The notes below the pieces were generated by a model. The model saw only the letters and a program-made list of their open reading frames with translations. It did not search any database and was not told the origin of the DNA. Positions 38,336 through 49,779 of a DNA stretch of 64,000 nt are shown piece by piece. The stretch's first letter is position 1; every line of letters begins with the position of its first letter. The translations under genes and the position numbers were made by a program. Where the stretch lies: positions 29,452,001 through 29,516,000 of the forward strand of contig NC_087437.1 of assembly GCF_036321535.1 (NCBI RefSeq), given 5' to 3'. Origin of the DNA: Camelus dromedarius (Eukaryota).

Positions 38336-41279
38336 AGTTTTAGCAGTTTAGAGTGCCCTTGCCCACTCACAGACAATTTCCATTAACTTTCACTGTCTTC
38401 TGAAAGTGGTAGTTTCCACTCACTTCCTCTTCTCCTCAGTTGCTAGCCTTGCAAAGCAGATGCACCGGCAAAAACATTCCACTAATAGCTGCAGGTTTAG
38501 TTCTTGCCTCATGAATGATGAAATACTACTGCAAGAATATGGTATAAAACATTCAGAACAGGTCCCTATCTGGGGCTGAACTTGTGGTTCACCTTTCACT
38601 TCAACAGAAGACTCCTATAAAGCCAGAAGCAGGACTTCCCAAGCATATCTGAAATACGTGGATAGCTGGTTAATTGGATAATAAACTCTTGGGATGGTTG
38701 CAGTAATGAACAGCACTTTTTATTTGGATTAGAACATAAACCAATATATTGAAAACTATATAAACTGATTATGCAGAATGAAGAAGCGATGACATGCGAT
38801 AAAGGCTAACTGGAGAATGCCGACCTAGCCTAATACTAATCTGTTTAAAAATACAAATCAAGTCCCAATTGCATATTCGTTTTTCACTGGGCAATTTTCC
38901 ATCCATTTTTGTCTCTCCCTTATCATTGTTTGCTTTTTACAGACAGGCTGGAATCCTTCCAAGTTAATTTTATTACTTTTTCAATGGCCTAATTTTTATT
39001 CTCATACTCTTGTATGATGGATAACCTGGGGCTGTTTCCTATGTTATTGAACCTTCTCATTCTACCTTTTGCACCATAGTTGTTCAGCTTAATGTGAATG
39101 GGAAATTTAATCTTGAGTTGTGAACTCAAGGAACTTCTTTCAGCTGAAAGTTTTCTTTCCCTCTGTTTAGAAAAGGCAAGGAGTGGTGAAAATATAAAGT
39201 GAATCCGTGCTGTCAATTATAGTCTTATCAATAATATGTTACCTGACTGCACACATGAATAACAAGTACTAGTTAAGAATAATATTATGTTAACTTATTT
39301 TACCTGGAGAGAAATTAAGTTGCTAAAAATATCAAATATTTCAGAAAAGATGTGGAGGATGGTTGAATTTTCTCATTTTGGAAATGACTGCATTTTGCTA
39401 TTCTGTGGAAATAAATAAGCCCTGAAAAAAAAATGTTTTCTATAATCTTATGCAAAGTATTGCCATTATTATTTATTTAAGGACCTCCTAATGACAATGT
39501 TTGGTTAAAGTGCTACAAATACCTGAGAGGAAATGTGGTACACATGTACTAAATAATGGGTATTATTACAATAAAATGAACATGCTGTAGATTGACTCTA
39601 CCGGTAGCATTCAGTAAAGCCATAAAGTAAAGCAGACATGGATTAAAGCGGTCATAATGGATGGTTTATCTAGTAAGCTACTACTAACACAATGTGTTTT
39701 AAGAGCTTGCTAATGATGAGGAAGAGAAGAAGTGAAAAGTTAGACTGAGAATGAAGGCAAAGATAGCATCCTTGCTTTATTAGACAAGGGAGGCCAAGAA
39801 TTAAATACAATCATGGGTTCCTGATTATAGAAGTTCAAAGTTCATTTAAATTACAATTGCACGGTTAAGGAGTCTGGAGAAAACAATGGAGTAAACCTAT
39901 CTTTATAAAAAAAAATGATTGAGAAGAAACTATACATTGAATATAAGTCTATAGGTAAAGCATGTATATGCCTTGTAATGTGAAATTAAAGTATAGGGCT
40001 TTTTCCCTTGCTTTAATGTCATTTAAAACAATAGTTTAATTTTTCACTAAAGATTGCAAAGAATTACTTTTTCATTTAATTAACCTTCAACCCAGTAAAT
40101 ATAATTGGAACAGGACATAACACCCTGTAAGCTGCAACATTTTACACGTGCTATGATTATTATCTAGTGTTTTCAAAGATGCTCTTTAAAAAGTCTTCAC
40201 TAAACATCTAGTTCTCACCTCCAGTTGCCTCCCTATCTCTCCTTTGCCTGGCAACAATATAACATTAAAATCCTTTGCTGCTGTGGTACAAATATTGCTT
40301 AATAAGTAGTCTATCTCTATGATCTTTAATGTGATTGTTAAAATGATTGTGCAAATGCTTTTGCTTTACTGCAGATGGAAGGGGGCAGGCATTAATGAAT
40401 TGTTCAGTGTAAGTGCAAGCCAGAATAATTACTGTGTTAGTAAGGATGGCAAAAGTCACTGAACCAGTGTGGACAAAACAAAATGTGTGAGTGAGTCACT
40501 GACTGGTTGGCACAAAATGCCAACTTCCTTAGCAAGGCTTGGCAGAAAATGAAAATAATTTGAAGGAAAAAGAATTATGTTGTGCTGAAAAACCTTTCAA
40601 AAGACAAGCTTTTCTATGTGAACTTAATGAACCAATGAAGCATCTCAAGAATGCTAACAGGAAACATTGTTACCCATCTGTATTTCTGTGCTCACCCAGC
40701 ATCCCAACCAATTTGCATGGATTGTAATTTAACACTTTCAAAGACCATCATTCTGCTGGACATTGTACAGATCCATGGAAAGAACTATTTATTCATCACT
40801 TTGCTGCTCCCTTCACCCTCTACCCTCAAAATCCCCAAATAGTCAATCTAATATTCAAGTATTCTACAAAAACTAATCGCTTAAAATTAAACCTATTTAT
40901 TACCCACAACTGCTGCTGACATATAGTCTTCACATAGCTCATGTTTGTGTGGAGGTGTGGTTATCATTTAATGGAAAAGCTCTTACTGTAAGAAAAGTGA
41001 GAAGAATGTGTCTTTATGCACTTATTCAGTAATAGATATAATTAAGGATGACTGATGTCTATTAGATTTGTGTTTATTTTTCATGTTTTTTATACTTTAA
41101 GGAGAAAAAAAACATCCTTTTTATTTTCTAGATAGGAGAACTAAGACCGTACATCTTTAATTTATCAAGCCTTACTTGTATTTCCCATAATGCCTTCTTC
41201 CTAAAACACATGAATAACTCATTTAAAGAACCACACAAAGACTCAGTGTTCTCTGTCCATTCCAAATTCCTCAGTTTTA

Positions 41280-41304
41280 GTGCTCACTTCGGCAGCACAT
41301 ATAC
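41280..41304 (+). pseudogene. RNU6: U6 snRNA 5' fragment (nt 1-25) retroposed with a TSD
   Basis: gtgctcacttcggcagcacatatac versus U6 5' end GTGCTCGCTTCGGCAGCACATATAC (one G>A difference at a CpG). Flanked by perfect aaattcctcagtttta at 41264-41279 and 41305-41320. Confidence 0.93.
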
Positions 41305-42129
41305 AAATTCCTCAGTTTTAAAATAATGTGGATTTTAATTTGTCTGTCTTCACTAGAAGTAGTCTTCCAGGTGCTACTGAAGAAAAATCATCTTTTTTAT
41401 AGACATTTAAAAATTAGGGTTTTTTTAGTGCATAACCCATGTCTTTCTTTCAGTTTTAGAATATATTTTGCACTTGCTGTTTATTATATAAAGCTCCCCC
41501 CCAACCCACACACACACAAATAAAAGAATTCAAGTGGGAAAGCCACTTTATTGTTCTGAAGTCTCATTACCTTTAACATCCCAGAAACCCCTAGGTGTTC
41601 TGTTTTTCAGAGCTGAAAACATGTCAGAAGGAAAGAAGGAGTGAAGGTGTGACAAGAGAAAGAGGCAAGGAGAGGGAGGATGAAGATTACAGTATTCTGA
41701 AATAGAGACCAAAATCATTGGTTCATCCTATTATGAAACTTAGTTAAACCATTTGGATGCTCACATATAATGAAGATGAGAAACTTTAAAACCAAACTGT
41801 TAATACAATAATATTAAAGTTAATACATGTCAAATGGAAATCCATGACTGCAAATAAGGGGATGATACTGAACATATAACCATACCCAGGTCCAAATTTA
41901 TACTTGTTTCTATGCCTTTTATATCTATCCTATAGTCAGTAGCTTATTTTCCATCTCAGTTTTCCCATCATCATTCAGTTAATAAGGGATTCAAAATTGA
42001 ACTGAAAAAAAAATGAAATACCAAAACTGAATTTTTTAAAATATGGTAGATTTTTGATGTATACAGTTAAATTATTGCTTTTAATACAAGCAATTACAAT
42101 GACTAACTTTTAAAACAATGTGAAAAATC

Positions 42130-42410
42130 TAATTGACATGAATGTTCATAGCAGTATTATTCATAATAGCCAAGAAGAGGAAACAACCCAATGTTCATCC
42201 CACAACTGCTGCTGACATCCCACAACTGCTGATGGATGGATAAACTTTGGTATAACCTTACAATAAAATATTATTTGTCAATAAAAAAACTGAATTGAGC
42301 CAGAATTATGATCATTGGTGAAGCTGGGTGATGAGTTCATAGGAATTTATCGTACTATTCTCAATACTTCATTCTATGTTTGAAATATTCTACAATAAAT
42401 TTCCATTAAA
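42130..42410 (+). mobile_element. L1M 3' fragment with internal deletion
   Basis: 'aatgttcatagcagtattattcataatagccaagaagaggaaacaacccaatgttcatc...gatggataaac' then 'tactattctcaatacttc...tatgtttgaaatattctacaataaa'. Confidence 0.8.
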
Positions 42411-42889
42411 AATTAGTCTAAATCCCAACCCCATACTTTTTTTTTATTACATACATTAGTTTTCCATATTTCCCCCTTCATTGGGATCCAGATGGGAGAT
42501 AGGACAGAACAAGAACTAAAATTACTACTATTAAAAGTAAAAAATGGTCAAAAAAGAAGTAGAAAATAGCATGGAATTTCAGAGAAAGAAAAGATTATGC
42601 TGAAATGGAAGGATCAAGAAAATTCTGAATAAGAAGCAGCATTTGGAATGAGACTTAAAAAATGGTTGGAGGCAGTTTGGAGGGTGTTTGAAGGAAAGGG
42701 GGAACAGTGAGCAAAGGCAGGGAAGGGAAAAAAATTCTGCAACAGGTTCAAGGAAGAGAAGTTGCCCAAGGTGGCTGGAACATAGAGGACAAGGAGAGAA
42801 GTGTTGAAAAGTAGGAGCCACACTGTGAGAGGTCTTGGTGACCAAGGTGGTAAAGGGGAGGAATAAGCCATGACATAACCAATTATTCT

Positions 42890-43265
42890 TTTTCAATTTT
42901 TTTTTGAAGAATGGAATAGCTCCAGAAAACTGCATAAATCGTATGGGAACAGTTCAGTGAATTATTGCAATGTGAATAATACAACCACCTCCGGATTAAA
43001 GAACATAACGTTACCAGTGCCGCCCCACCATCCAAAACCTGTCTTGTGCCCCCTCCTAAGCCCCACCTCTCCTGCTTCTCAAACACCACTGATTACCTCT
43101 GCCTGTTTTTTAACTTACTATGAGAGAAATCATGCAGTATGTATTCTTTTGTATGTTTCCTTTCACCAAGCACTGTGTTTCTCATATTTACCTGTATTGT
43201 TTGCACTTTCACTGATGTTCAGCACTCCATTTATGGAAATATGCAATTTATTTCATCCATTTTAG
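42890..43265 (-). mobile_element. L1ME 3' end
   Basis: 'aaactgcataaatc...acagttcagtgaattattgcaatgtgaa', 'tgcctgtttttaactt...aaatcatgcagtatgtattcttttgt'. Confidence 0.8.
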
Positions 43266-43428
43266 AGCATGGTATATTTGAAATGGCTATGAGATTTGCA
43301 AGTAGAAACAGCCAGCATCTGAAGGTCTGCTGGTGTTTGGGGGGCCGAAGATACGGATTTGAGATTCACCTGTTTATAGGTGGTAACTGAAACCATCTCA
43401 AGAAGAACACGTGGATTTGGAAGAGCCA

Positions 43429-44034
43429 TGTGGTAGGCGGAATTCTAAGACCTAAGACTCCCTCATATAATCCTCTCCTGCTGAGTGCAGCCAGACCTAT
43501 GAATATGATGAGATGTCATTCTAGTGATTGTTATACACAGCAAAGGGATCTTACAGATGCAATTAAGATCCCAAGTCAATTGATTCTAAAATAGGGAGAT
43601 TATCCAAGTAAAGCATAACCTTACTCTTATTCATACTCTTGGTGAAAAATATCTAAAGTTTAAGGAGGGCTTAATGAATAGGGGATTCTCCGGCTTTGTG
43701 ATAGAAGAAGCCACACGACAAGAAATGCAGGTGACCTCTGGGAGCTGAGAGTGGCCCCAGCTGAGAGCCAGCAAGGAAACGGGGGCCTCCAGCCTACAAC
43801 CACAGGAACTGAATTCTGCTCCAACCTGAATGAGCTTGGATACAGATTCTTCCCCCAGAGCCTCCCCAAAGGAACACAGCCCTGTCAACTCTTTGATTTC
43901 AGCCTATGAGAATCTGTAAGATACAGCTAACCCAGGCCTGGACTTGAGACCTACAAAACTGTGAGCTAATAAATGGGAGTTGCTTTAAACTACATTTGTG
44001 GTCATTTATTAGGTACGAGTAGAAAATGAATACA
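43429..44034 (+). mobile_element. MLT1E-like (MaLR) solo LTR
   Basis: Starts 'tgtggtaggcggaattctaaga', internal 'cctacaaccacaggaactgaattctgc...aacctgaatgagcttgga', ends 'agaaaatgaataca'. Confidence 0.9.
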
Positions 44035-46474
44035 AGTAGCAAACGCAGCAAATGCAGAGGCTCAAAGGATTACTGAAAGAGTAGCCCATGAAGAAACCAA
44101 AAAAAAAAAAAAAAAAACACTCAGAGCAGTAGGACCAGGCTTAGAGAAAAACTGAGTTTCAAGGTGAATGCTTCCAACAGTCTGAATTGCAACAGAGAAG
44201 ACCACAAGTATAGTGCCTAAAGAAATAAAATAATTGAGTTAGACGGTATGTTGGTCACTAATAACTTGCCATGCCAGCCAGGATAGAGGAAGCCTAAAAT
44301 TCAACAACTTGAGGAAAAAAATAGAAATATGAGGGAAAAATGAATATAGACTTCTTTTTTTCATGAAGAGTATTTGAAATGAAGAGAAAGAGAAATAGAA
44401 AAGGAGATAAATCAACAAGAGACTGAGAAGGAAAGACAACATATAAGGAGAAAGGGGGAAGTTGATAGTAGAGCAGACAGGAGAAAATTGATAGAATGAG
44501 GTTTCCAAGGAAATGAGAGAAAATGACCTAGAAAACAGATGGACAGTGGACCTTCAGGGGAAAAAAGGATACTTCACCACCTGATACTTACAGGGCAGTG
44601 GTGAACATGGTAACAGACACAATTAATTTTGAAAGGAGGAAGGGGTATTGGAGGAAGTACCATTTTTAGACCTGGGCAAACAGGAAGTACCACTCTGAGC
44701 ATCTACAGATCCCAAACTTGGCATGTTCCCAAATTTTCCAAGTCTTCCTTTAATATTTGGAATTGATCAGAGAAAGCAGTGCCATCATCAAGGAATCACA
44801 GGTCTGGACCAAGTTCTACACTAGTCCTGGTCAACAGAAGTATTCTCCTCAAAATTGTGTAAGTCCCCTTGGATGCCTGGGACAGGATGGCAGTGCCACC
44901 TGAGAGGATGTGGATGCTGGGCCCTGCTTCTTCCCTTCAGGACACTTTCCGATCCTCTGCTCCTTGCATGGGGTCCACCAAATGTCCCAAAGAGTTTTGG
45001 AACTCATATGTCTAGAACTGCTACAGACTCTGACATTAGTCACAGTTCCAGGAGGATGGCCAGGTGAGCAGATTGCTCTTGCTGGTTGGCGTAGTATTTT
45101 TTTTTTAGTAGGAATATGAGAGAATGGACTGCCAGAATGGAACTGATATGGTGATTTTTGGTGATATTCACATCAGACACAGGACAAGTTCAAGCCTCTG
45201 ACCTACTGATGGGGATGGTTTTCTCCCATCGACACAAGCTCAAACCTCGGACTCATTTATGTTCTGCTTATGGTTGTACCTGTAGTCTTGGGAACCAAGG
45301 GCTTTGGGGTTGGCAGCAGAATTCCTTTTACTCTATGCACTTTCCACCAATGGCATTTAGAGCAGTCACCCCACCCTCTCCACAGGCTCTGGGCCATGTT
45401 TCAGGTAGCCCTTGGGAGACTGATGTCAAGGCTGAGCCCCATCACAGAGCAGAGTGCTAGGAGACTCAGCATGGAGAGTCTGTGATGAAAGCTCCCAGGT
45501 GAAGCGACTGGTTTTCTGCTATTTATTTGAATCAGTAAGATATACGTGCAATGCCTCAGAAGGGATTGGTGTACTTTTTTCATGTTTACATTGTTTTCTC
45601 ATTCACAGGAAAGAACATTGCATTTTATGACAAGCTTTATCAATTTGAAACATTGAATGCTCCTACTTTCTTGAAAGTATATAGATTTCGAGTCAATTCT
45701 GAAACTTTGAAAACTTCCATTGTAGTGAACAGAAAATTGTCTGTATTTCAAATAACTGCATGACATAGTTATTCCATAGTCCCAAGCTGAATAGAATGAC
45801 AAAGTTGATATAAATTATGTACACCTTAAAATGGTACTTTTGCAAGAAGGTCCAAAAAAAGAAAACCCATTTGTGTAAATATCCTGCAAAATTCCTGGGT
45901 ATTCTGGTTCCTAATCAAATACTGCTCATCATTTATAAGCTATTTCAATAAAGTTTAAATATTTTTCTTATTTTCTCTATTTCCACACTCTCAAAATTGA
46001 ATGTCTTCAGACAAATTGATCCTAGGTATAACTATGGAAGAGTTGATGTTGGTTGTTATCAGGGTCTTGAATATTAAAGACTCCATGTGGCATCACTTCT
46101 TTCCCTTCTCACTTCTGATCAAAGGTAAATTTCTAAATCTTTCGCTTTGATTTTTATCCAAAATAGTACAGAAGCCCTGATGTTATATGAACTTATCTAA
46201 TATAACTTTGGTTTTAAGCTTTTTGTCTCTTAGGTATTAAAACCTACTTTTTCTTTTTTTTGCTGAGAAATTTAAGAAAACAAAAAGGAGAAAAGTGAGA
46301 GAGAACTCCTGCCTTAAATTCTAAGCACACTTGAATGAGCCATGAGATGAGAAGTTATATGATAGCCTCTTGCTCTTTTCACCAATCCAGTCACCCAACT
46401 GTGAGAAGCACTTCCTATCCTCGGGGTCAGTTTCATCTCATCTAATAGCAAAACTTGAATGAAACAGTCAATAC

Positions 46475-46536
46475 CTGAGTCTAACTGGCTGGTAATAGCT
46501 CCTGCAGCATCATCAAATCATCAGTAGTTTAGCTCT
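46475..46536 (-). other. Candidate 62-nt non-coding exon
   Basis: Minus strand reads 'cctgtgtgtttcag|AGAGCTAAAC...GACTCAG|gtattg'. Stops in all frames. Confidence 0.3.
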
Positions 46537-46666
46537 CTGAAACACACAGGAGATGGATTTATTTTTTTCTTTTTCATTACAGCCAAGAAAGCTGATATAC
46601 ACTATATAAATGTGATACACACTATATAAATGTAAGGGTTTTTTCTTTATGACTTTTCTCCTGCAG

Positions 46667-46756
46667 GCTTCTCTTTCTCCATGTGAGCCTTGTAGCTGAA
46701 AGTCAGAAACTTTTCACACAAGGCCTACAGAGCAATAAGTAAACTATAGATGTTGG
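46667..46756 (+). other. Candidate 90-nt non-coding exon on the plus strand
   Basis: 'gacttttctcctgcag|GCTTC...GTTGG|gtaagt'. Strong splice signals, stops in all frames. Confidence 0.3.
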
Positions 46757-47059
46757 GTAAGTGTATTTTTTCCAACTATAAAAAGACCCATGAGATACTT
46801 CACCCACAACCTACAGGAAGATAGTTCAAACCTGAGTTCTGGAGAGAAAGTACTGGGTCAGTAGGATGATTTTCTTACTTGACAGAGCATAACAGAAATG
46901 AAAATGGGAGCTTTCTTTGTTTGGGGATGAGATTTATCACCCTTGTGTGGCAAAACTGATTATACAACGCTCAGATTGGTAACAGTGTAAGTTTTAATTA
47001 AGAAAAGGGAAAAATACTACTTACATATATATTTTTCTTATGTAGACATCTCTTAGAAT

Positions 47060-47285
47060 AGCATTTTTCAAACTACAGATCATTAAATTAATGTAGTGTG
47101 TCCCAACTAGCATTTTTAATGAAATGCTATAGAAATATCTAGAAATTATTAAATAGTAAAAGTGTCCACTGTTTCTCGACATTCTTACTCGGTTTCAGTA
47201 GGTGAATGCACGTATATGTGTATACACTATTGTGAAATAAACTGTATTTCTTACTGCAGATTGTAGTCAGTGTTTAAATATACTG
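47060..47285. mobile_element. hAT-Charlie-like MITE
   Basis: 'ttttcaaactacagatc...agcatttttaatgaaat...tgtatttcttactgcag...tatactg'. Confidence 0.6.
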
Positions 47286-49254
47286 TTTTACCACACGAGG
47301 GTACCTGGGGAAAATCATTACACTGGCATCCTGTTTGTACAGGTAAGCCCTGAGGTAGACTGCAGGAGAGATGAGTGAGGGTCGTGAGTTGACAATGGAA
47401 AAAACATGACCAAGCTTAGTAAAATTTCTATCTAGGTATGGAAAGAAAACTGCAAGGCAACACCTCGGAAAGGTCACTGAAACATTGTGATCAATACACA
47501 TCATGAGATCACTCATAAATTTCTGTGTCCTATTGCCAGCTTGTTTTCTCAGGGAACTCTTTTCTCACTCTCAAGGTTAACGCATACTGCAAATATTTAT
47601 TTGAATAAGAACAATACATTTAGTCATCTTTAAAAAAAATTATGCATTTAAATGAATGGTAAATTCTCCTGAGATTGCAAATCAATGTAGTTTTAAGAAT
47701 TCAGTCAAAAGCTATCACTCCTTTAAAAGTCACGTCTTTCTTCCTGCACATCTAAGAATAGTTTTTAAAGGAGAAGTGAGTTCCAGGATGTCATCTCTTC
47801 ATTGCTAGGTTCTAGCCTTCTTGGCTCTAAGCCCAGATTCAGGTATAAATCTGAAATCCAGTCTTCGTCTTGGGAGAAGAGCAAGAAAGACTTTTCTTGC
47901 TACCTGGGAGGATAGAGATACAGCAACACAATCAAACCAGCCAAATTAACGGGGCAGAAATCCAGGCATTAACCCTGGCACGCACTATTTGGCCTTATAT
48001 TACTCTAAAATCACCGTTCCCTAATGCTGTTTTCACAAACAAAACATCTCTAGAAAAGTGTTATTTTGCAAGTCTCTTTGCAATGCATGCAACATGTATT
48101 AAGTTAAGTACCAACCAGAACAGTAAGCTTAAACATTGGAAATTAAAGTAGATTCTTCAAGAACTTCAGAGATTTTTGTTTTAAAGGATTTAAAAACTGT
48201 TCAGTTATAATAAGCTGAGTCATTAATAGTAGTAAAACTAAGTAAAAGTAATTTAATGTGCTAAATGTCTCACCTGGACTAATTAGCAGACTTAGGATAA
48301 TTCTACACTGAGACATCTGATTCAATGTGTTAATGAATATTTTAACAGCAGTCATATATGATAAACCTCAGGAAAATTACCAGTTGAGCTGAGTGCGGAA
48401 AGAAAATGGGAGCTGAAAAATCCCTTTTAGCTTTAGGGAGAACCTGTAGTTTCAAAAGAGCGGAGGAAATGAGTAGCGACAAGGCAAGTAGCTCCTGGAG
48501 AATCAAAAGAAAGGAAGTATCAAGGGAAACATACTCTGAGACACAACAAAAAGGATTTCTTAAAATTACATTTTCAAGTTTAACTTCATCTAAAATGTTT
48601 AAATTGAAGCTAAGGGGGAAAATGGTCATTTCTTCATTGCATTTAAATCACTCACACTCATTTAAATCTCTCATTCTTCTAAACAATGTAACTTAAGTCT
48701 AGGGTTTGTTTATCTTTGTGGCTCCCATTTTCAAAAAACTTCTTTTGGGATCTATCACTGGAAATGTTTTGAGTAAATTTATCTCTGTGGACATGAAGGG
48801 AGCAAAAGATGACTGAGATGATTCATCTGTGCTTCTGAGACTGACTATAAGAGTCAAACCCAGGAGAAATTACTGTAACAACATGTGTACTTTTCCAGAG
48901 GACCGAATGCTTCTCTTTCTCCCTTCTGCATTCCACACTGCCCTGACACCTCAGACCTCCTGGGAACTGGGGATGCAGGAGCAGAGCATCATCACACAGG
49001 CAGGACCTCCCTGAGACAGCCATCACACTCAAGTGCGTGTCTGTGCTGCCCACGGGTAGCCCTCTTGTGTCTGTACTGTGTCTACTGAACTTCCCTTTCC
49101 CTCCCATTAGCACTTCAGTTTTACTTTCCGAACTGGACTTACAGGTCCTAGTTGTTGAACAGTCAGACATTCGGCACCTGTCAATCAATCCACATCCTTA
49201 CTGATATCAAGTATATGAGAGATTCTGTGCTGATGCTTAGAGGAGGAACAAAAG

Positions 49255-49530
49255 AACTAATGATAATGACTATTTATTGAGCTGTCACTATGGACGAGGC
49301 ACTATGCATTCTTTACATGCAGTCACGATACTTTATGTGCATTCATTCATTCATTACTACCAAGAGCCCAATATATCAGTGAGCCAAGTTTATCCTAACA
49401 TCATATGAGAAGCCTAGGTTCATAAAGGTACATTTTGTCATGGATAGCTAGTAAGTGGTGAAGTGCAGATTTAAATTCAGACAGTATGATAATAGAGCCC
49501 ATAGTTTTAACCATTACTCTGCACTATCTC
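49255..49530 (-). mobile_element. MIR SINE
   Basis: 'tatttattgagc...aggcactatgc', 'gctagtaagtggtgaagtgcagatttaaattcagacagt'. Confidence 0.85.
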
Positions 49531-49779
49531 ACAGTACAGAAGAGAAAGAAAAATAGAACATATAGTGGTGTATAGTTTTGAAACTATATTGGCACATAGA
49601 AATTTGAACAAACAATTACCAAATATCCAGAACAAAACCTAGAAAACACACATTGAAATCCTAGCCTACAAGCTGAGAAGCTGCAGAGAATCAGTATGTC
49701 TTGTTTCCCCAACTTTATCCTGGGACCAGGCTGTGGCCCATCTTGCAACAATGCAAATCACAGTAAGGAAAAAAGGGGC

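Larger units (their letters stand above)
42500..44560 (-). mobile_element. LINE-2 remnant interrupted by an L1ME 3' end and an MLT1 LTR
   Basis: Purine-rich reverse-L2 segments at about 42500-42880, 43270-43425 and 44040-44560. Confidence 0.6.

Noticed and set aside
41280..41304. Functional U6 snRNA gene
   Set aside because: Only 25 of ~107 nt are present, with no ACAGAGA box, and it is flanked by a TSD.
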